Assembly: GCA_965203325.1 (NCBI GenBank)
Contig: OZ241875.1
Location: 3,040,001 to 3,104,000 of the forward strand
Length of the DNA stretch: 64,000 nucleotides
Source of the DNA: a bacterium
GTDB taxonomy: Bacteria; UBA8248
Direction: 5' to 3'
Part shown: piece by piece, positions 38,668 to 48,636 of the stretch
Numbering within the stretch: position 1 is the stretch's first letter
Layout: each line of letters starts with the position of its first letter
Position numbers and translations under genes: made by a program
The notes under the pieces: model-generated
What the model saw: only the letters and a program-made list of their open reading frames with translations
What the model was told of the DNA's origin: nothing
Databases searched by the model: none

Positions 38668-39564
38668 CTATCCATCCCTTCTCAAGGTTTCGAGAATCGC
38701 GTCGGCGAAGGCTTCCGGCTTCTCGCGCTGGGCGAAGTGGCCGGCGCCCTCCACGAGAATCCTTTGATAGCCGCCCGTGAAATGCCCCTCCTTGCCTTCG
38801 GAACTCTCGGGACGCGACGCCCCGTCCTCGGCGCCTTGCACGAGAACCGTCGGCACGGAGATGTCCGGCAGACCCGCCATGAAACTCTCCGCGTCCTCGA
38901 ATTTTGGATCCGGCGTTTCATACCCCCACCGGTAGCGGTAGGAGTGCATGACGATATCCACGAAGTCGGGGTTCTCGAAAGAGCGCGCGGTGGCCTCGTA
39001 TTCCGCGTCCGGGAAATCCCAGCCTGGGGACCATACACGCCAGAGTTCGCGGCAAAAACCCGCGGCGTCCGCCCCCAGCGCATCGCGGCCCCTCTCGGTG
39101 CAGAAAAACCACTGGTACCAGTAGGCGCGCGCCTGATCGACCGACATCCGCTGCTGCGGGCGGCCCGTGCCGTAGCCCGCGGGACTGACGATTAAGGCGT
39201 TCAACCGCGCAGGCCGCATGGCGGCTACGCAATAAGAAGCCCGCGCGCCCCAGTCGTGGCCCACCAGTGTGAAGCGATCGAGTTCCAGCGCGTCGGCGAA
39301 AGCGGTGAGGTCGGACGCCAGCGCCGTGTACTGGGCGCTTCTGGGGGTCTCAGGGTTCAGAAAGCGCGTAGGCCCGTAGCCGCGCACGTAGGGGCAAAGC
39401 GTCCTTAGGCCCGCATCATTCAGGATGGGAGTGACGCGGTCCCACGTTCTCGCGTCGTCCGGGAAGCCGTGGACGAGAACCACGGGCGGCGCGGTTTCAT
39501 CGCCCGCCTCCAGATAGCCGATTTCGAGCGCGGGGGTCGTGATGGATTTGAGCGCGCCGGGCAT
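38668..39564 (-). CDS. Alpha/beta hydrolase, epoxide hydrolase/dehalogenase-like
   Basis: HGFPD, RGYG, GHDWGA, GHFAQRE. Confidence 0.9.
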   Translation of the reverse strand: MPGALKSITTPALEIGYLEAGDETAPPVVLVHGFPDDARTWDRVTPILNDAGLRTLCPYVRGYGPTRFLNPETPRSAQYTALASDLTAFADALELDRFTLVGHDWGARASYCVAAMRPARLNALIVSPAGYGTGRPQQRMSVDQARAYWYQWFFCTERGRDALGADAAGFCRELWRVWSPGWDFPDAEYEATARSFENPDFVDIVMHSYRYRWGYETPDPKFEDAESFMAGLPDISVPTVLVQGAEDGASRPESSEGKEGHFTGGYQRILVEGAGHFAQREKPEAFADAILETLRRDG

Positions 39565-39584
39565 ATCGGTTGTTCAGTCCGCGA

Positions 39585-40328
39585 TCAGATCGCGCACCAG
39601 CCGTCGTCGACGATGAGGTCCAGGCCGTGCACCGCGCTCGCATCGTCAGACGCCAGGAACACCGCGGCGCCCGCCATCTCCGCCGTGGTGATGTAGGCCC
39701 GGCCGGTGGGGGTGTAGCTCGCCATGAGCTTCACGAACTCGGGATCGTCCTGTAAGTGCTGGTTGAGCGGCGTGGCCGTGTTGCCCGGCGAGATGCAGTT
39801 CACGTTGATGCCGCACTTCGATATCTCCGCCGCCAGCGCGCGCGTGATCATGTAGACCCCGCCCTTGCTCGCGCAGTAGGGCACCGCGTTGGGAAAGGCG
39901 TGCGTCGCGGCGATGGAGGCCATGAAGATGATCTTCCCGTAGCTCTTCTCCTTCATGATGGGCACGATGGCCTGCGAGAGCAGGAAGTTGCCCTTGAGAT
40001 TAATGTCGATGATGTCGTCCCACTCCTGCTCGGAGTAGGCCTCGAGTTCCTTGTTGATCATGATGCCGTGGTTGCCGACGAGGATGTCCACCGTGCCGAA
40101 CGCGCTCACCACGTCCGCCACCATGGCGTCCACCGCCGACTTCTTCGATACGTCGCACGGAAACGCGCGGGCCGCATCGCCGATCTCGGCGGCGAGCGCC
40201 TCTCCCGTTTCCGCCGTGCGGTTCACGACCGCGACCTTGGCGCCCTCTTCCGCGAAGCGGCGGCAGATGGCCTCGCCGATTCCCTGCGAGCCGCCCGTGA
40301 CGATGGCGACCTTGTCCTTGAGCTTCAT
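39585..40328 (-). CDS. Short-chain dehydrogenase/reductase
   Basis: TGGSQGIG, YCASK, NCISPG. Confidence 0.93.
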   Translation of the reverse strand: MKLKDKVAIVTGGSQGIGEAICRRFAEEGAKVAVVNRTAETGEALAAEIGDAARAFPCDVSKKSAVDAMVADVVSAFGTVDILVGNHGIMINKELEAYSEQEWDDIIDINLKGNFLLSQAIVPIMKEKSYGKIIFMASIAATHAFPNAVPYCASKGGVYMITRALAAEISKCGINVNCISPGNTATPLNQHLQDDPEFVKLMASYTPTGRAYITTAEMAGAAVFLASDDASAVHGLDLIVDDGWCAI

Positions 40329-40458
40329 GGATGTTTCCTCCCTGCGGCGCTCCCGGATCGCCCCGAAAGCGAAAAGTCCCCGGTAAAAGATTCCGTCTCG
40401 ATTTTTGCGGGCATGATACCGCCCTTTGGTTCAAGGGGGAAGGGGGAGTGAGATGTGT

Positions 40459-40588
40459 GTAGGGGGCGCATATATGCGCCCCTTACGGTGACGTTGCAGG
40501 ATTTCGTAGCCGGACAGGCGCAGGAGCCTGTCCGGGGACCCGTGTGTCCGCCCGCTTGATTTGGTAGGGGTCGTTCGCGAACCGCCCT
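40459..40588. repeat. Cluster of GTAG-type REP palindromes, left of parDE
   Basis: GTAGGGGGCGCATATATGCGCCCCTTAC, GTAGCCGGACAGGC...GCCTGTCCGG, GTAGGGGTCGTTCGCGAACCGCCCT. Confidence 0.75.
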
Positions 40589-40605
40589 CGCCCTCTGCGC
40601 GGCGG

Positions 40606-40896
40606 CTAAAGATACCGCTCCACATCCATGCTTTGGTGCAGGATTCGGATGATTTCCACCACGCCGGATCCCATGCGGAAAAACATCACGTGCGAGCCCA
40701 CCGCGACCTTGCGGTATCCGGCGCGAATTTCCTCGGCCGAGCGACTGATCATCGTACCTTCGCTCAACGCCTCGCACGCCGCCTGAATGTTGCGCGTGTA
40801 GTCCTCGGCTTGCGCCTCGCCCCAACGCTCGACGGTATAATTCCAGATGCTTTCCAGATCGGCTTGGGCCGCGGGCGACAGCGTATAGCGCCCCAT
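40606..40896 (-). CDS. parE: ParE-family type II toxin
   Basis: LSPAAQADLESIWNYTVERWGEAQA, IIRILHQSMD. Confidence 0.92.
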   Translation of the reverse strand: MGRYTLSPAAQADLESIWNYTVERWGEAQAEDYTRNIQAACEALSEGTMISRSAEEIRAGYRKVAVGSHVMFFRMGSGVVEIIRILHQSMDVERYL

Positions 40897-40901
40897 GCGG
40901 C

Positions 40902-41138
40902 TCAGGTGGATTTCTTGCTAGCGATGAACGCGTCGAAATCAAACGGCGTCGCCCGGCCGGACTCCTCGCCTTCGATGAGCGCCTCGCGCAGGGCTTCCAC
41001 CCTGGCTTCGTGTTCTTCGAGCAGGCGCAGTCCGGCGCGCACCACGTCGCTTGCCGAGTTGTAGCGGCCCGACGCGACCCGTTCGTCGATGAAACCCACG
41101 AAGTGCTCTCCGAGTGAAACCGACGTATTTCTCGGCAT
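40902..41138 (-). CDS. parD: ParD-family antitoxin (RHH)
   Basis: NTSVSLGEHF, SGRYNSASDVVRAGLRLLE, ALIEGEESG; GGAGG RBS. Confidence 0.92.
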   Translation of the reverse strand: MPRNTSVSLGEHFVGFIDERVASGRYNSASDVVRAGLRLLEEHEARVEALREALIEGEESGRATPFDFDAFIASKKST

Positions 41139-41245
41139 GATAGTTCCTCCTTCGCACACACTATACCAGAAATTGGTATTCGCGCAAAGGTTTCAGGTGG
41201 CGCGAGGTGGAAGAGGAGCGCGCACGAAGGGGACGCACGAAAAGT

Positions 41246-41316
41246 GGGCGGACACACGGGTCCGCCCCTACGGTGATATTACAGGAATTCGTAGGGGCGG
41301 TTCGCGAACCGCCCCT
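41246..41316. repeat. Pair of GTAG-type REP palindromes, right of parDE
   Basis: GGGCGGACACACGGGTCCGCCCCTAC and GTAGGGGCGGTTCGCGAACCGCCCCT. Confidence 0.78.
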
Positions 41317-41336
41317 GTCATGTCAATCGAATTTCT

Positions 41337-43139
41337 CTACTTGTTACTCAACCGCTTCCGTCTCCGTCTGGTTCTGGCCGCATCCACCTGGCCCTGCTCG
41401 TCGACCGCGACGCCGTAGACCTTCCAGGCGCGCTCCTTGGTGATCCACTTCTCCTCCACGTCCTCGCGCACCTTCTCGACGGGCCGCTCGTGCGGCGGGC
41501 CGTAGCCGCCCCCGCCTGTGCAGTAGGACGCCACGTTCTCGCCGGGTTTGAGGATGATGTCCGCACAGGCGGGCAGGTCTTCCAGAGAGCCGTCCTCACG
41601 CATGAGGAAGTTCTTGCACGCCGCCCCGTTCAGCCCGCCGAGCGTGCCTTTCGAAGCGTTTATCGCGCCGTCGGAGACGTAGACGACCTCGAGATCCCCC
41701 CCGCCCACGGGGCCGTATTCGCAATAGCCAGAAGGCGCGCCTATCGTCCGGCCCGCGCCCTCGGTGTCGGGCATGAGCCGCCTCGTCTTGATGTAGATGG
41801 GGAAGTGGAGCTCGTCCAGTTCGATGCTGTCCACGAAGCACATGCCGGCGTTGCCCGCGTGGAGGATGGTGAGCCAGGCGTCGGTCTTGCCCGCGCCCGC
41901 GCCGCCGGTGACCATTAAAAAGAGGTGGTTCACGAAGGGTTCGTTGTCGTTCCTGGGGTCGAAGCCGGAGATGACGCCCATCGACGCCGGGAAAATCGGC
42001 CCGCATTCCGCCAGGCCGATGCCGTCCTGAATCTTCGAGAACGCGCGCTGCACGGGGTTCGTCACGCGGTCGGCGAGGTTGGTGGTGGCCACGGACATCG
42101 AGGTAGGGTGCTTGCCCCCGCCCGCGACCGAGCCATCGCGGATGAGCACGTTTACGCGCCGGAAGCTGCCCGCGTTCGTGGGCACGATGTCGTCGATGCT
42201 GTTGAACACGCCTATCATCGCGCCCGTGCGCGCGCAGGCCTCGCTCAGGTTCAGGCCGCAGGGCATGGCGTCGGGGTTGTCCCTCAAATCCACCTCGATG
42301 GTGGCCTTTTTGTTATCGATCCGCACGTGCGCGGTGATGGGGATGCCTTCCTCCGGTGTGCCGGGTACGGGGTCGTGCGTGCTGTGGGCCGTGGCCTCGC
42401 CCGTGGGGAGTTTTTTGATGGCGGAGACCATGAGCTTCTCGCTGTAGTCGAACCACTCTTTCGAGAAGTTGTGCAGCGTCTCCCAGCCGTATTCATCCCC
42501 CATGGCGAGCACCTCGCGCTCGCCGATTCTGGCCGCGCCAATCATCGCGAGGTAGTCGCCGTACCACTGCTCGGGCACGCGGATACGCATCCGGCAGAAG
42601 TTGATAAAGTCCTCGTTGTCCTCGTAGTTGGTCTGCACCTTGGTGGGCGGGAAGATGAGCGCGCCTTCTTCGTATACGTCGCGCGCGTGGCCCATGTAGG
42701 TGGTGGGCTGGCTGCACCCGCAATCCGCCTGGTGGGCCTTCACCCACACCGTGAACTGGTGCTCGCCCCGCTTGTCGATGACGGGCACGAGGATGGTGTG
42801 GTCCGCCGGGTGCGAGCAGCCGTGGTAGGGCGAGTTGTGGAGATAGGCGTCGCCGCGCTTGAGGTCGGGATGCAAATCCATCATCGAGCGGGCCATCAGG
42901 TCCGCCCCGCTCAGGTGGTGGATGGGGAGCGATTCCGCGCCGGTCAGGAGTTCGCATTCGCGTGTCACGACGGAAGTCGAAAAATCGCGCGCGAGGTTCA
43001 GCACGCCCGAGCGGCCCGTGCGCAGGAGCGTGTTCGCCATCTTGGTCGTCACGGCGTCGAAGCGCTTGTGCAGCACGGCCAGGGTGATGGGGTCCAGTTT
43101 CGTCTTTCGCTTCGCGCGTCTGGTTGTTGCTCTCGCCAT
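41337..43139 (-). CDS. Hydantoinase B / oxoprolinase family subunit
   Basis: LDPITL, NSPYHGCSHPAD, KAHQAD, GGGGYG. Confidence 0.92.
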   Translation of the reverse strand: MARATTRRAKRKTKLDPITLAVLHKRFDAVTTKMANTLLRTGRSGVLNLARDFSTSVVTRECELLTGAESLPIHHLSGADLMARSMMDLHPDLKRGDAYLHNSPYHGCSHPADHTILVPVIDKRGEHQFTVWVKAHQADCGCSQPTTYMGHARDVYEEGALIFPPTKVQTNYEDNEDFINFCRMRIRVPEQWYGDYLAMIGAARIGEREVLAMGDEYGWETLHNFSKEWFDYSEKLMVSAIKKLPTGEATAHSTHDPVPGTPEEGIPITAHVRIDNKKATIEVDLRDNPDAMPCGLNLSEACARTGAMIGVFNSIDDIVPTNAGSFRRVNVLIRDGSVAGGGKHPTSMSVATTNLADRVTNPVQRAFSKIQDGIGLAECGPIFPASMGVISGFDPRNDNEPFVNHLFLMVTGGAGAGKTDAWLTILHAGNAGMCFVDSIELDELHFPIYIKTRRLMPDTEGAGRTIGAPSGYCEYGPVGGGDLEVVYVSDGAINASKGTLGGLNGAACKNFLMREDGSLEDLPACADIILKPGENVASYCTGGGGYGPPHERPVEKVREDVEEKWITKERAWKVYGVAVDEQGQVDAARTRRRRKRLSNK

Positions 43140-43143
43140 ATCC

Positions 43144-45216
43144 TTACTCCTGGAGCGTAATGAACAGACTGCCGCTTCTCGTGCGCTCGGCCCTGGCGCC
43201 GGGGTCGATGACCACCGTCGTGAACGGCGACTCGATGATGGCGGGACCTCGCATCGCCTCGCCCGGCTTCATGGAATCGAACGCCGCCACGCGGGCGTTG
43301 ACGAGTCCCTTGCCCGCGAAATAGGCTTCGCGCCGCTTGGGGAGCGTCGTCTCGTGGATAGCCTCGCGGACAAGCCTGCCGAAGCGGCCCTTTCTCAGCT
43401 TGCACCGCGCCACGGCGCGCCAGCCGACGAACTCGACCTCGGACGACGGGTCGCGGAAGGCGAACACCTCCTCGTGCACCTCGTCGAACGCCGCCCGCGC
43501 GCGCTCCACGTCTTTTTTCGAGCGGAAGCGGTTGATGGGCAGGCCCAGATCGATCTCCCAAATCTGGTGCTTGTAGCGCGCCTCGACGTAGAACTCCGTC
43601 GCACTCTCCACCGCCCCCTTGCCGGGACCCCTGATGAACGCGCGGCATCTGTCGCCGAGCGACTTCAGGGTCGCGTTCGCCCCCTTGAAGTCGAAGCGGT
43701 CCGTTACGGTGAAGAACATCGAGCGGTAATCGGCGTGCAAGTCGCTCATCATCGCGCCCGCCGCCGAGAGCGCGGCGCCGACTTCCGGAATCACGAGGCC
43801 CTGGCAGCCGAGGCGCTTGGCGATGGCGACCGAGTTGAGACCCGCCGCGCCGCCTCCGCCGATCAGCACCGCGCCCCTGGGGTCGATGCCTTGGTGGATG
43901 GTGATTTCTTCAATCGCGCCCACCATGTTCTCCGTCGCGAGCCTGAGAATAGCCGAGGCCGCCTCCTGAAGAGAAAGCCCCAGCGGTTCGGCCACGTCTT
44001 TCAATATGGCCTTCTCGGCTTCGGAAGTGTTGAGCGTCATTGCGCCGCCGAGGAAATAATCCGGGTCGATGTGGCCGAGCACCAAAGATGCGTCCGTGAG
44101 CGTGGGCCGCGCGCCGCCCCGGCCGTAGCAGGCGGGCCCCGGTTCGGCGCCCGCGCTCTGGGGGCCGACGTGTAAGAGTCCGCCCTCGTCCACCCAGGCG
44201 ATGCTGCCCCCGCCCGCGCCGATGCTCTTCACGTCCACGGAGGGGAAGCCCAGAATGTGCCCCCGGTAGCGCTGGCCGAGCCAGGTTTCGGGCGACATGG
44301 GAATCTCGCCGCGGCGCACGAGGCTCACGTCGTAGGTGGTGCCGCCGGTGTCGGCCACAATCGCCGTCGCGGCCTTGGCGTCGGCGCGGGAGAAATGCCT
44401 GCCCGCGATGGGCGCCATCGAAGGCCCCGAACCCACCGAGTGGATGGGCGCATCAGCCAGTTCGCCCGCGTCCATCACACCGCCCTTCGACGTCAGCATC
44501 AGGAGCCGCCCGCCGAAGCCCGCCGCGGCCAGCCGCTCCTGCAGTCCGCCGATATAGCGCGACATCAGTGGCTTGAGAGAAGCGTCGATGCAGGTGGAGG
44601 ACGCACGGCGGTATTCGCGGAGAATCGGATTCAGGACATGGGATAAGGTGTATGGCACGCCCTTCAAGTGTTTTTTCAGCAGGCGTCCCACACCGATTTC
44701 ATGCGCTGGATTCACTGTGGACCACAAGAGGGAGACGGCCACGGCCTCCACCCCTTTTTCTTTGAGCTCCTTGATGATCCCGATGACGCCCGCCTCATCG
44801 AGCGGCTCGTACACGCCCCCGTCGGCGCCGATACGCTCGGGCACCTCGTAGGTGAGTGCGCGCGGGATGTAGGGCTTGGGAAACGGCACCAGGAAGTTGA
44901 ACGGCTCCATGCGCCCGCCCTCGCGCAGCACGAGAATGTCGGGGTGTCCCTTCGTGGTGAGGAAGGCGGTCTTCGCGGTGTTTCCCGTCACGATGGCGTT
45001 GGTGGCGTGTGTGGTGCCGTGGATGAACAGCTCGCCCTGGGCGAGGAGTTCTTCGGTGGTCGTCGAAAGCGCTTCGGCCGCCGACTCGATGGCCGCGAGG
45101 ATGCCCTCCACCGGGTCCTGGGGCGTCGTGGGGGCCTTGAACATGTGGAGGCGGCCCCGGTTGTCCTCGAGCACCAAATCGGTGAAGGTCCCGCCCGTAT
45201 CGACCGCGAATCGCAT
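43144..45216 (-). CDS. Hydantoinase A / oxoprolinase family subunit (ATP-binding)
   Basis: VDTGGTFTD, HGTTHATNA, DTGGTTYDV, IGAGGGSIA, PGPACYGRGG. Confidence 0.93.
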   Translation of the reverse strand: MRFAVDTGGTFTDLVLEDNRGRLHMFKAPTTPQDPVEGILAAIESAAEALSTTTEELLAQGELFIHGTTHATNAIVTGNTAKTAFLTTKGHPDILVLREGGRMEPFNFLVPFPKPYIPRALTYEVPERIGADGGVYEPLDEAGVIGIIKELKEKGVEAVAVSLLWSTVNPAHEIGVGRLLKKHLKGVPYTLSHVLNPILREYRRASSTCIDASLKPLMSRYIGGLQERLAAAGFGGRLLMLTSKGGVMDAGELADAPIHSVGSGPSMAPIAGRHFSRADAKAATAIVADTGGTTYDVSLVRRGEIPMSPETWLGQRYRGHILGFPSVDVKSIGAGGGSIAWVDEGGLLHVGPQSAGAEPGPACYGRGGARPTLTDASLVLGHIDPDYFLGGAMTLNTSEAEKAILKDVAEPLGLSLQEAASAILRLATENMVGAIEEITIHQGIDPRGAVLIGGGGAAGLNSVAIAKRLGCQGLVIPEVGAALSAAGAMMSDLHADYRSMFFTVTDRFDFKGANATLKSLGDRCRAFIRGPGKGAVESATEFYVEARYKHQIWEIDLGLPINRFRSKKDVERARAAFDEVHEEVFAFRDPSSEVEFVGWRAVARCKLRKGRFGRLVREAIHETTLPKRREAYFAGKGLVNARVAAFDSMKPGEAMRGPAIIESPFTTVVIDPGARAERTRSGSLFITLQE

Positions 45217-45359
45217 TCCTCGCCTCCCGTGCTCATCCGCGCTCTAACCCCTGCGGATGAGGTTTTCGAATCGCTATCTGCCAATGGGTGATGATTTCAG
45301 GCGCAATATATCACTTTCCGGGCGGTGGGATGCAAGGAGGCCGCAGGTGAAAATGCGCG

Positions 45360-46040
45360 TCACGCATCGCGCACGTGGGCGTAATACCGGGCGAGGCGCT
45401 CGGCGGAGACGCCCAGGGCGAAGAGGATGCTCAGCCCCCACCAGATGACGAGGCACTTGGGCTTGCCCCATACGTCGATGCGCCGCCCGCTGGTGACTAC
45501 GGGCGTCTCGATGACGGCCACCCGCCCGAACGCGCGCATCCTGCGGCTCAGGTCCCAGTCTTCGAACAGGGGCATGTCGGCGTAGCCGCCCATGCGCTCG
45601 AAGGCCTCGCGCCGGATGAAGATGCACTGATCGCCCAGGAAGCGTTTCGCGATTTTCGCGCGCGCGTTGGCGCTGAAGCTGATGAAGCGGCTGAAGCGGT
45701 CCTCGCGATCGAAGCTGTGGAGAAAGCCTCCGCCCGCCACGTCGCCCGCGCGCATGACGTCCTCGATTTCCCTGAAAGCTCCAGGCGGCAGCTCCGTGTC
45801 GCAGTGAAGAAACAGGATCGTCTCGCCTTCGGCCAGTGCCGCGCCCGCGTTCATCTGGCGCGCGCGGCCCGGTTCGGACTCGACGAGCAGGGCGCGCCCG
45901 TCCGCCACGGCGCGCGTGTCGTCCGCGCTGCCCCCGTCGGCGAGGATGATCTGCTTCTCCCCCGGCTGGGCGTCGAGCATGTCGAACATGGCGGACAGCC
46001 TGGGCGCTTCGTTCAGCACGGGCACGACGATGGAGATCAT
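45360..46040 (-). CDS. GT2 glycosyltransferase, TIGR04283-like (rSAM/selenodomain- or arsenosugar-associated type)
   Basis: ISIVVPVLNE, GRARQMNAGA, LFLHCDT, GDQCIF, MPLFED, TSGRR, LARYY. Confidence 0.85.
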   Translation of the reverse strand: MISIVVPVLNEAPRLSAMFDMLDAQPGEKQIILADGGSADDTRAVADGRALLVESEPGRARQMNAGAALAEGETILFLHCDTELPPGAFREIEDVMRAGDVAGGGFLHSFDREDRFSRFISFSANARAKIAKRFLGDQCIFIRREAFERMGGYADMPLFEDWDLSRRMRAFGRVAVIETPVVTSGRRIDVWGKPKCLVIWWGLSILFALGVSAERLARYYAHVRDA

Positions 46041-46161
46041 CGCAGAATCCCTCTCTGGAACCGGCATTACTCTAATAAGCGTGGGGGCGATACATTCCAC
46101 GGGCTGTGCTATGATGCCCCATGCGAAGCCATCCGATGAACCCTAACCATTGGAACGGCCC

Positions 46162-47739
46162 ATGTCGATAAGGCGCATCCGTATTTTCCGTCTTCTCCGC
46201 TCGCGCGCACCGGGCGTACGGCGCGCGAAGCATCTCACGATATGTCTCACTCTATTGGCTGCGGTGCTCTCCGCGAGCCTCGTCTTTTCGCTCTCAAGCG
46301 ATCAGGAAGAGGCCATCGCCCTCCTGTATGAGGTCATGGAGAAAGTCGACAATAGTTACACGCGCACCCCCGATTTCCGGAAAATGTACGTCGCGGGTCT
46401 GGAGGGCCTCAAGAAAAGCGCGGGTAAGGAGCGCTTCGATTTCGAGGAGAAGGCGGGAGACGAGGTTCTCCTCAAGGCGGGGGAGAGGGAGTTGCTCGTT
46501 CGCCTCCGGGGAGACACCGTCGGCGGGCTGGGCGGGTTCGAGCGCGCCTACCGGTTCGCCATGGCGAACGCCGGGGATTCGGAGAAGAAAAAAGGCGGGT
46601 TGAGCGTCATGTACGCTGCGCTTTCTTCCATGCTGCGTTCTCTCGACCCTTTCAGCACGTTCGTCACGCCCGAGTCCTACAGGCAGATGCGGGTGGAGCA
46701 CACGGGCCGCTACGGTGGAGTGGGCGTCATCATCACGGTGCGGGAGAAGAGACTCACCATCGTATCGCCCATCGATGACACGCCCGCGCATCGGGCGGGC
46801 CTCAAATCCGAGGACGTGATTCTGGAAATCGACGGCGCCTCTACGGCGGACATGCCGCTCTCAGAAGTTGTGCGCCGCATGAGAGGGCCCGCGGGCAAGA
46901 CGGTGGATTTGCTGATTTCGCGCGTGGATTGGCCCGAGCCCCGCAACGTGACGCTTCGCCGCGCCATCATCAGCATCAAAAGCGTGAAGACGGAGGTGAA
47001 AGAGGGCGGGATCGGCTATTTGCGGGTCACGGCCTTTCATGGCCGTACGACGCGGGAACTCGACGTAGCGCTCAACGATTTGATTCAAAAGAAAGTGCGG
47101 GGGATCGTGCTGGACCTGCGCGACAACCCCGGTGGTTTTCTCCGCCAGTCCGTCCAGGTCTCCGAACGATTCCTGCCCGATGGCAGCATGGTCGTCTTCA
47201 CACGTGGGCGGAGGCGCAGCGAGACGGCCTATTTCCGCTCTAGCGGCACCGGCGTATGGGTGGGGAAGCCTCTGGTCGTGCTGATCAACAAGGGCAGCGC
47301 GAGCGCGTCCGAAATCGTGGCCGGCGCCCTGCAGGATCTGGACCGCGCCCTCATCATCGGCCGGACGAGTTTCGGCAAAGGGTCCGTTCAGGCCATCATC
47401 CCCACGAGGGGCGAGGCGGCAGTCCGGCTGACGACGTCGAAATACTACACCCCGCTCGGCCGCCTGATTCACGAGAAAGGCATTCAGCCCGACGTCGAGG
47501 CGGGGCCTCAGCCGCTCACCAAAAAGGAGATCCGCGAGCGGAGGAGAGAGATGAGGACTTCGCTCTATAAGAAAGAGGAAAAGACGGAGGAGAAGAAAAA
47601 AGACTCCGTCCTCGAACTGGCGTTGGGCGTGTTGAGGGACGCCAAGAGTGCGAACGTGGAAGCGCTTCGCCGGGCGGCGCTTGATGCGCAGCGCCTGATG
47701 CGCAGCGCCGAAGCGGTATCTTCCACAGCTTCTCCCTGA
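46162..47739 (+). CDS. ctpA: C-terminal processing peptidase, S41 family
   Basis: LDPFS, PDZ region, DLRDNPGG, SASASEIVAGALQD, SFGKGSVQ. Confidence 0.92.
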   Translation: MSIRRIRIFRLLRSRAPGVRRAKHLTICLTLLAAVLSASLVFSLSSDQEEAIALLYEVMEKVDNSYTRTPDFRKMYVAGLEGLKKSAGKERFDFEEKAGDEVLLKAGERELLVRLRGDTVGGLGGFERAYRFAMANAGDSEKKKGGLSVMYAALSSMLRSLDPFSTFVTPESYRQMRVEHTGRYGGVGVIITVREKRLTIVSPIDDTPAHRAGLKSEDVILEIDGASTADMPLSEVVRRMRGPAGKTVDLLISRVDWPEPRNVTLRRAIISIKSVKTEVKEGGIGYLRVTAFHGRTTRELDVALNDLIQKKVRGIVLDLRDNPGGFLRQSVQVSERFLPDGSMVVFTRGRRRSETAYFRSSGTGVWVGKPLVVLINKGSASASEIVAGALQDLDRALIIGRTSFGKGSVQAIIPTRGEAAVRLTTSKYYTPLGRLIHEKGIQPDVEAGPQPLTKKEIRERRREMRTSLYKKEEKTEEKKKDSVLELALGVLRDAKSANVEALRRAALDAQRLMRSAEAVSSTASP

Positions 47740-47787
47740 ACCTCCTCGCATCCCCCGCTGGAATAAAGGAAACGTCGGTTTTTCGCG

Positions 47788-48636
47788 TTATTGTGTGAAC
47801 GCGACGATGGTTCCCACCGCGGCGGCCAGCCCCAGAAGCTTTCTCGCAGTCATCTTTTCGGACAGCCGCCAGGTGGCTAGGATTGTGGTCACGATGAAGC
47901 TCAATTGCACGATCGGCGAGACGATGGTGGCCTCACCCTCCCGGAACGCGGCCAGCAGCGAGGTGTTCCCGAATATGAAGCAGACGGCGGTCGCGAGTCC
48001 GTGCGCCCAGCCTTTTTTCGAGAATTTCGGCCCCCCCTGCACGGCGAATGAGTAGATGTACGCGGTGGTGATGAAGAAAACCGCCTGGCTGTGCAGAAAC
48101 ATGATCGGCGCCACCCCGCCCGAGACGCCGAGCTTGTAGATGAAGTTCACGAGGCCGACGGCCACCATCGCCACGACGGCCCACAGGACGGAGGCAAGCT
48201 TGTCGGCGGAGAAACTCCCCCGGTGAAAATCCGAGAACAGGAAAATGGCGCAGCCGGTGAGGATGAGGCCTGCGATTTTCGGGAGCGTGATGGATTCACT
48301 CAGAAACCAGACGGCGAGCATGGCGGTGACGACGAAACTCATCCGGTAGATGGGCGTGCTGGCGCTCGTCTCTCCGAGCTCCACGCTTCTCATGAAGCTC
48401 CAAAAGCCGATGAATGTAAAAAAAGCGGCGCCGATGCCCAGAAAGGCGGGAGGCGTCCAGACGTAGCTGCCCTCGTAATACGCCCAGATCCACGTGACGG
48501 GAACGACGATGCTCGACTGCGAGGCCGTGATCGTGCCGGGCAATATCTTGTTCCTGACAGCGCGTCCATATACGTAGTCCGCCACCCCGATGAGGAACAA
48601 CGCAAAAAGCGCGAATATGATGAACCTTGGAAGCAA
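47788..48636 (-). CDS. EamA/DMT family transporter
   Basis: About 10 TM segments with two repeats ending LSESIT / LSEKMT. Confidence 0.85.
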   Translation of the reverse strand: MLPRFIIFALFALFLIGVADYVYGRAVRNKILPGTITASQSSIVVPVTWIWAYYEGSYVWTPPAFLGIGAAFFTFIGFWSFMRSVELGETSASTPIYRMSFVVTAMLAVWFLSESITLPKIAGLILTGCAIFLFSDFHRGSFSADKLASVLWAVVAMVAVGLVNFIYKLGVSGGVAPIMFLHSQAVFFITTAYIYSFAVQGGPKFSKKGWAHGLATAVCFIFGNTSLLAAFREGEATIVSPIVQLSFIVTTILATWRLSEKMTARKLLGLAAAVGTIVAFTQ

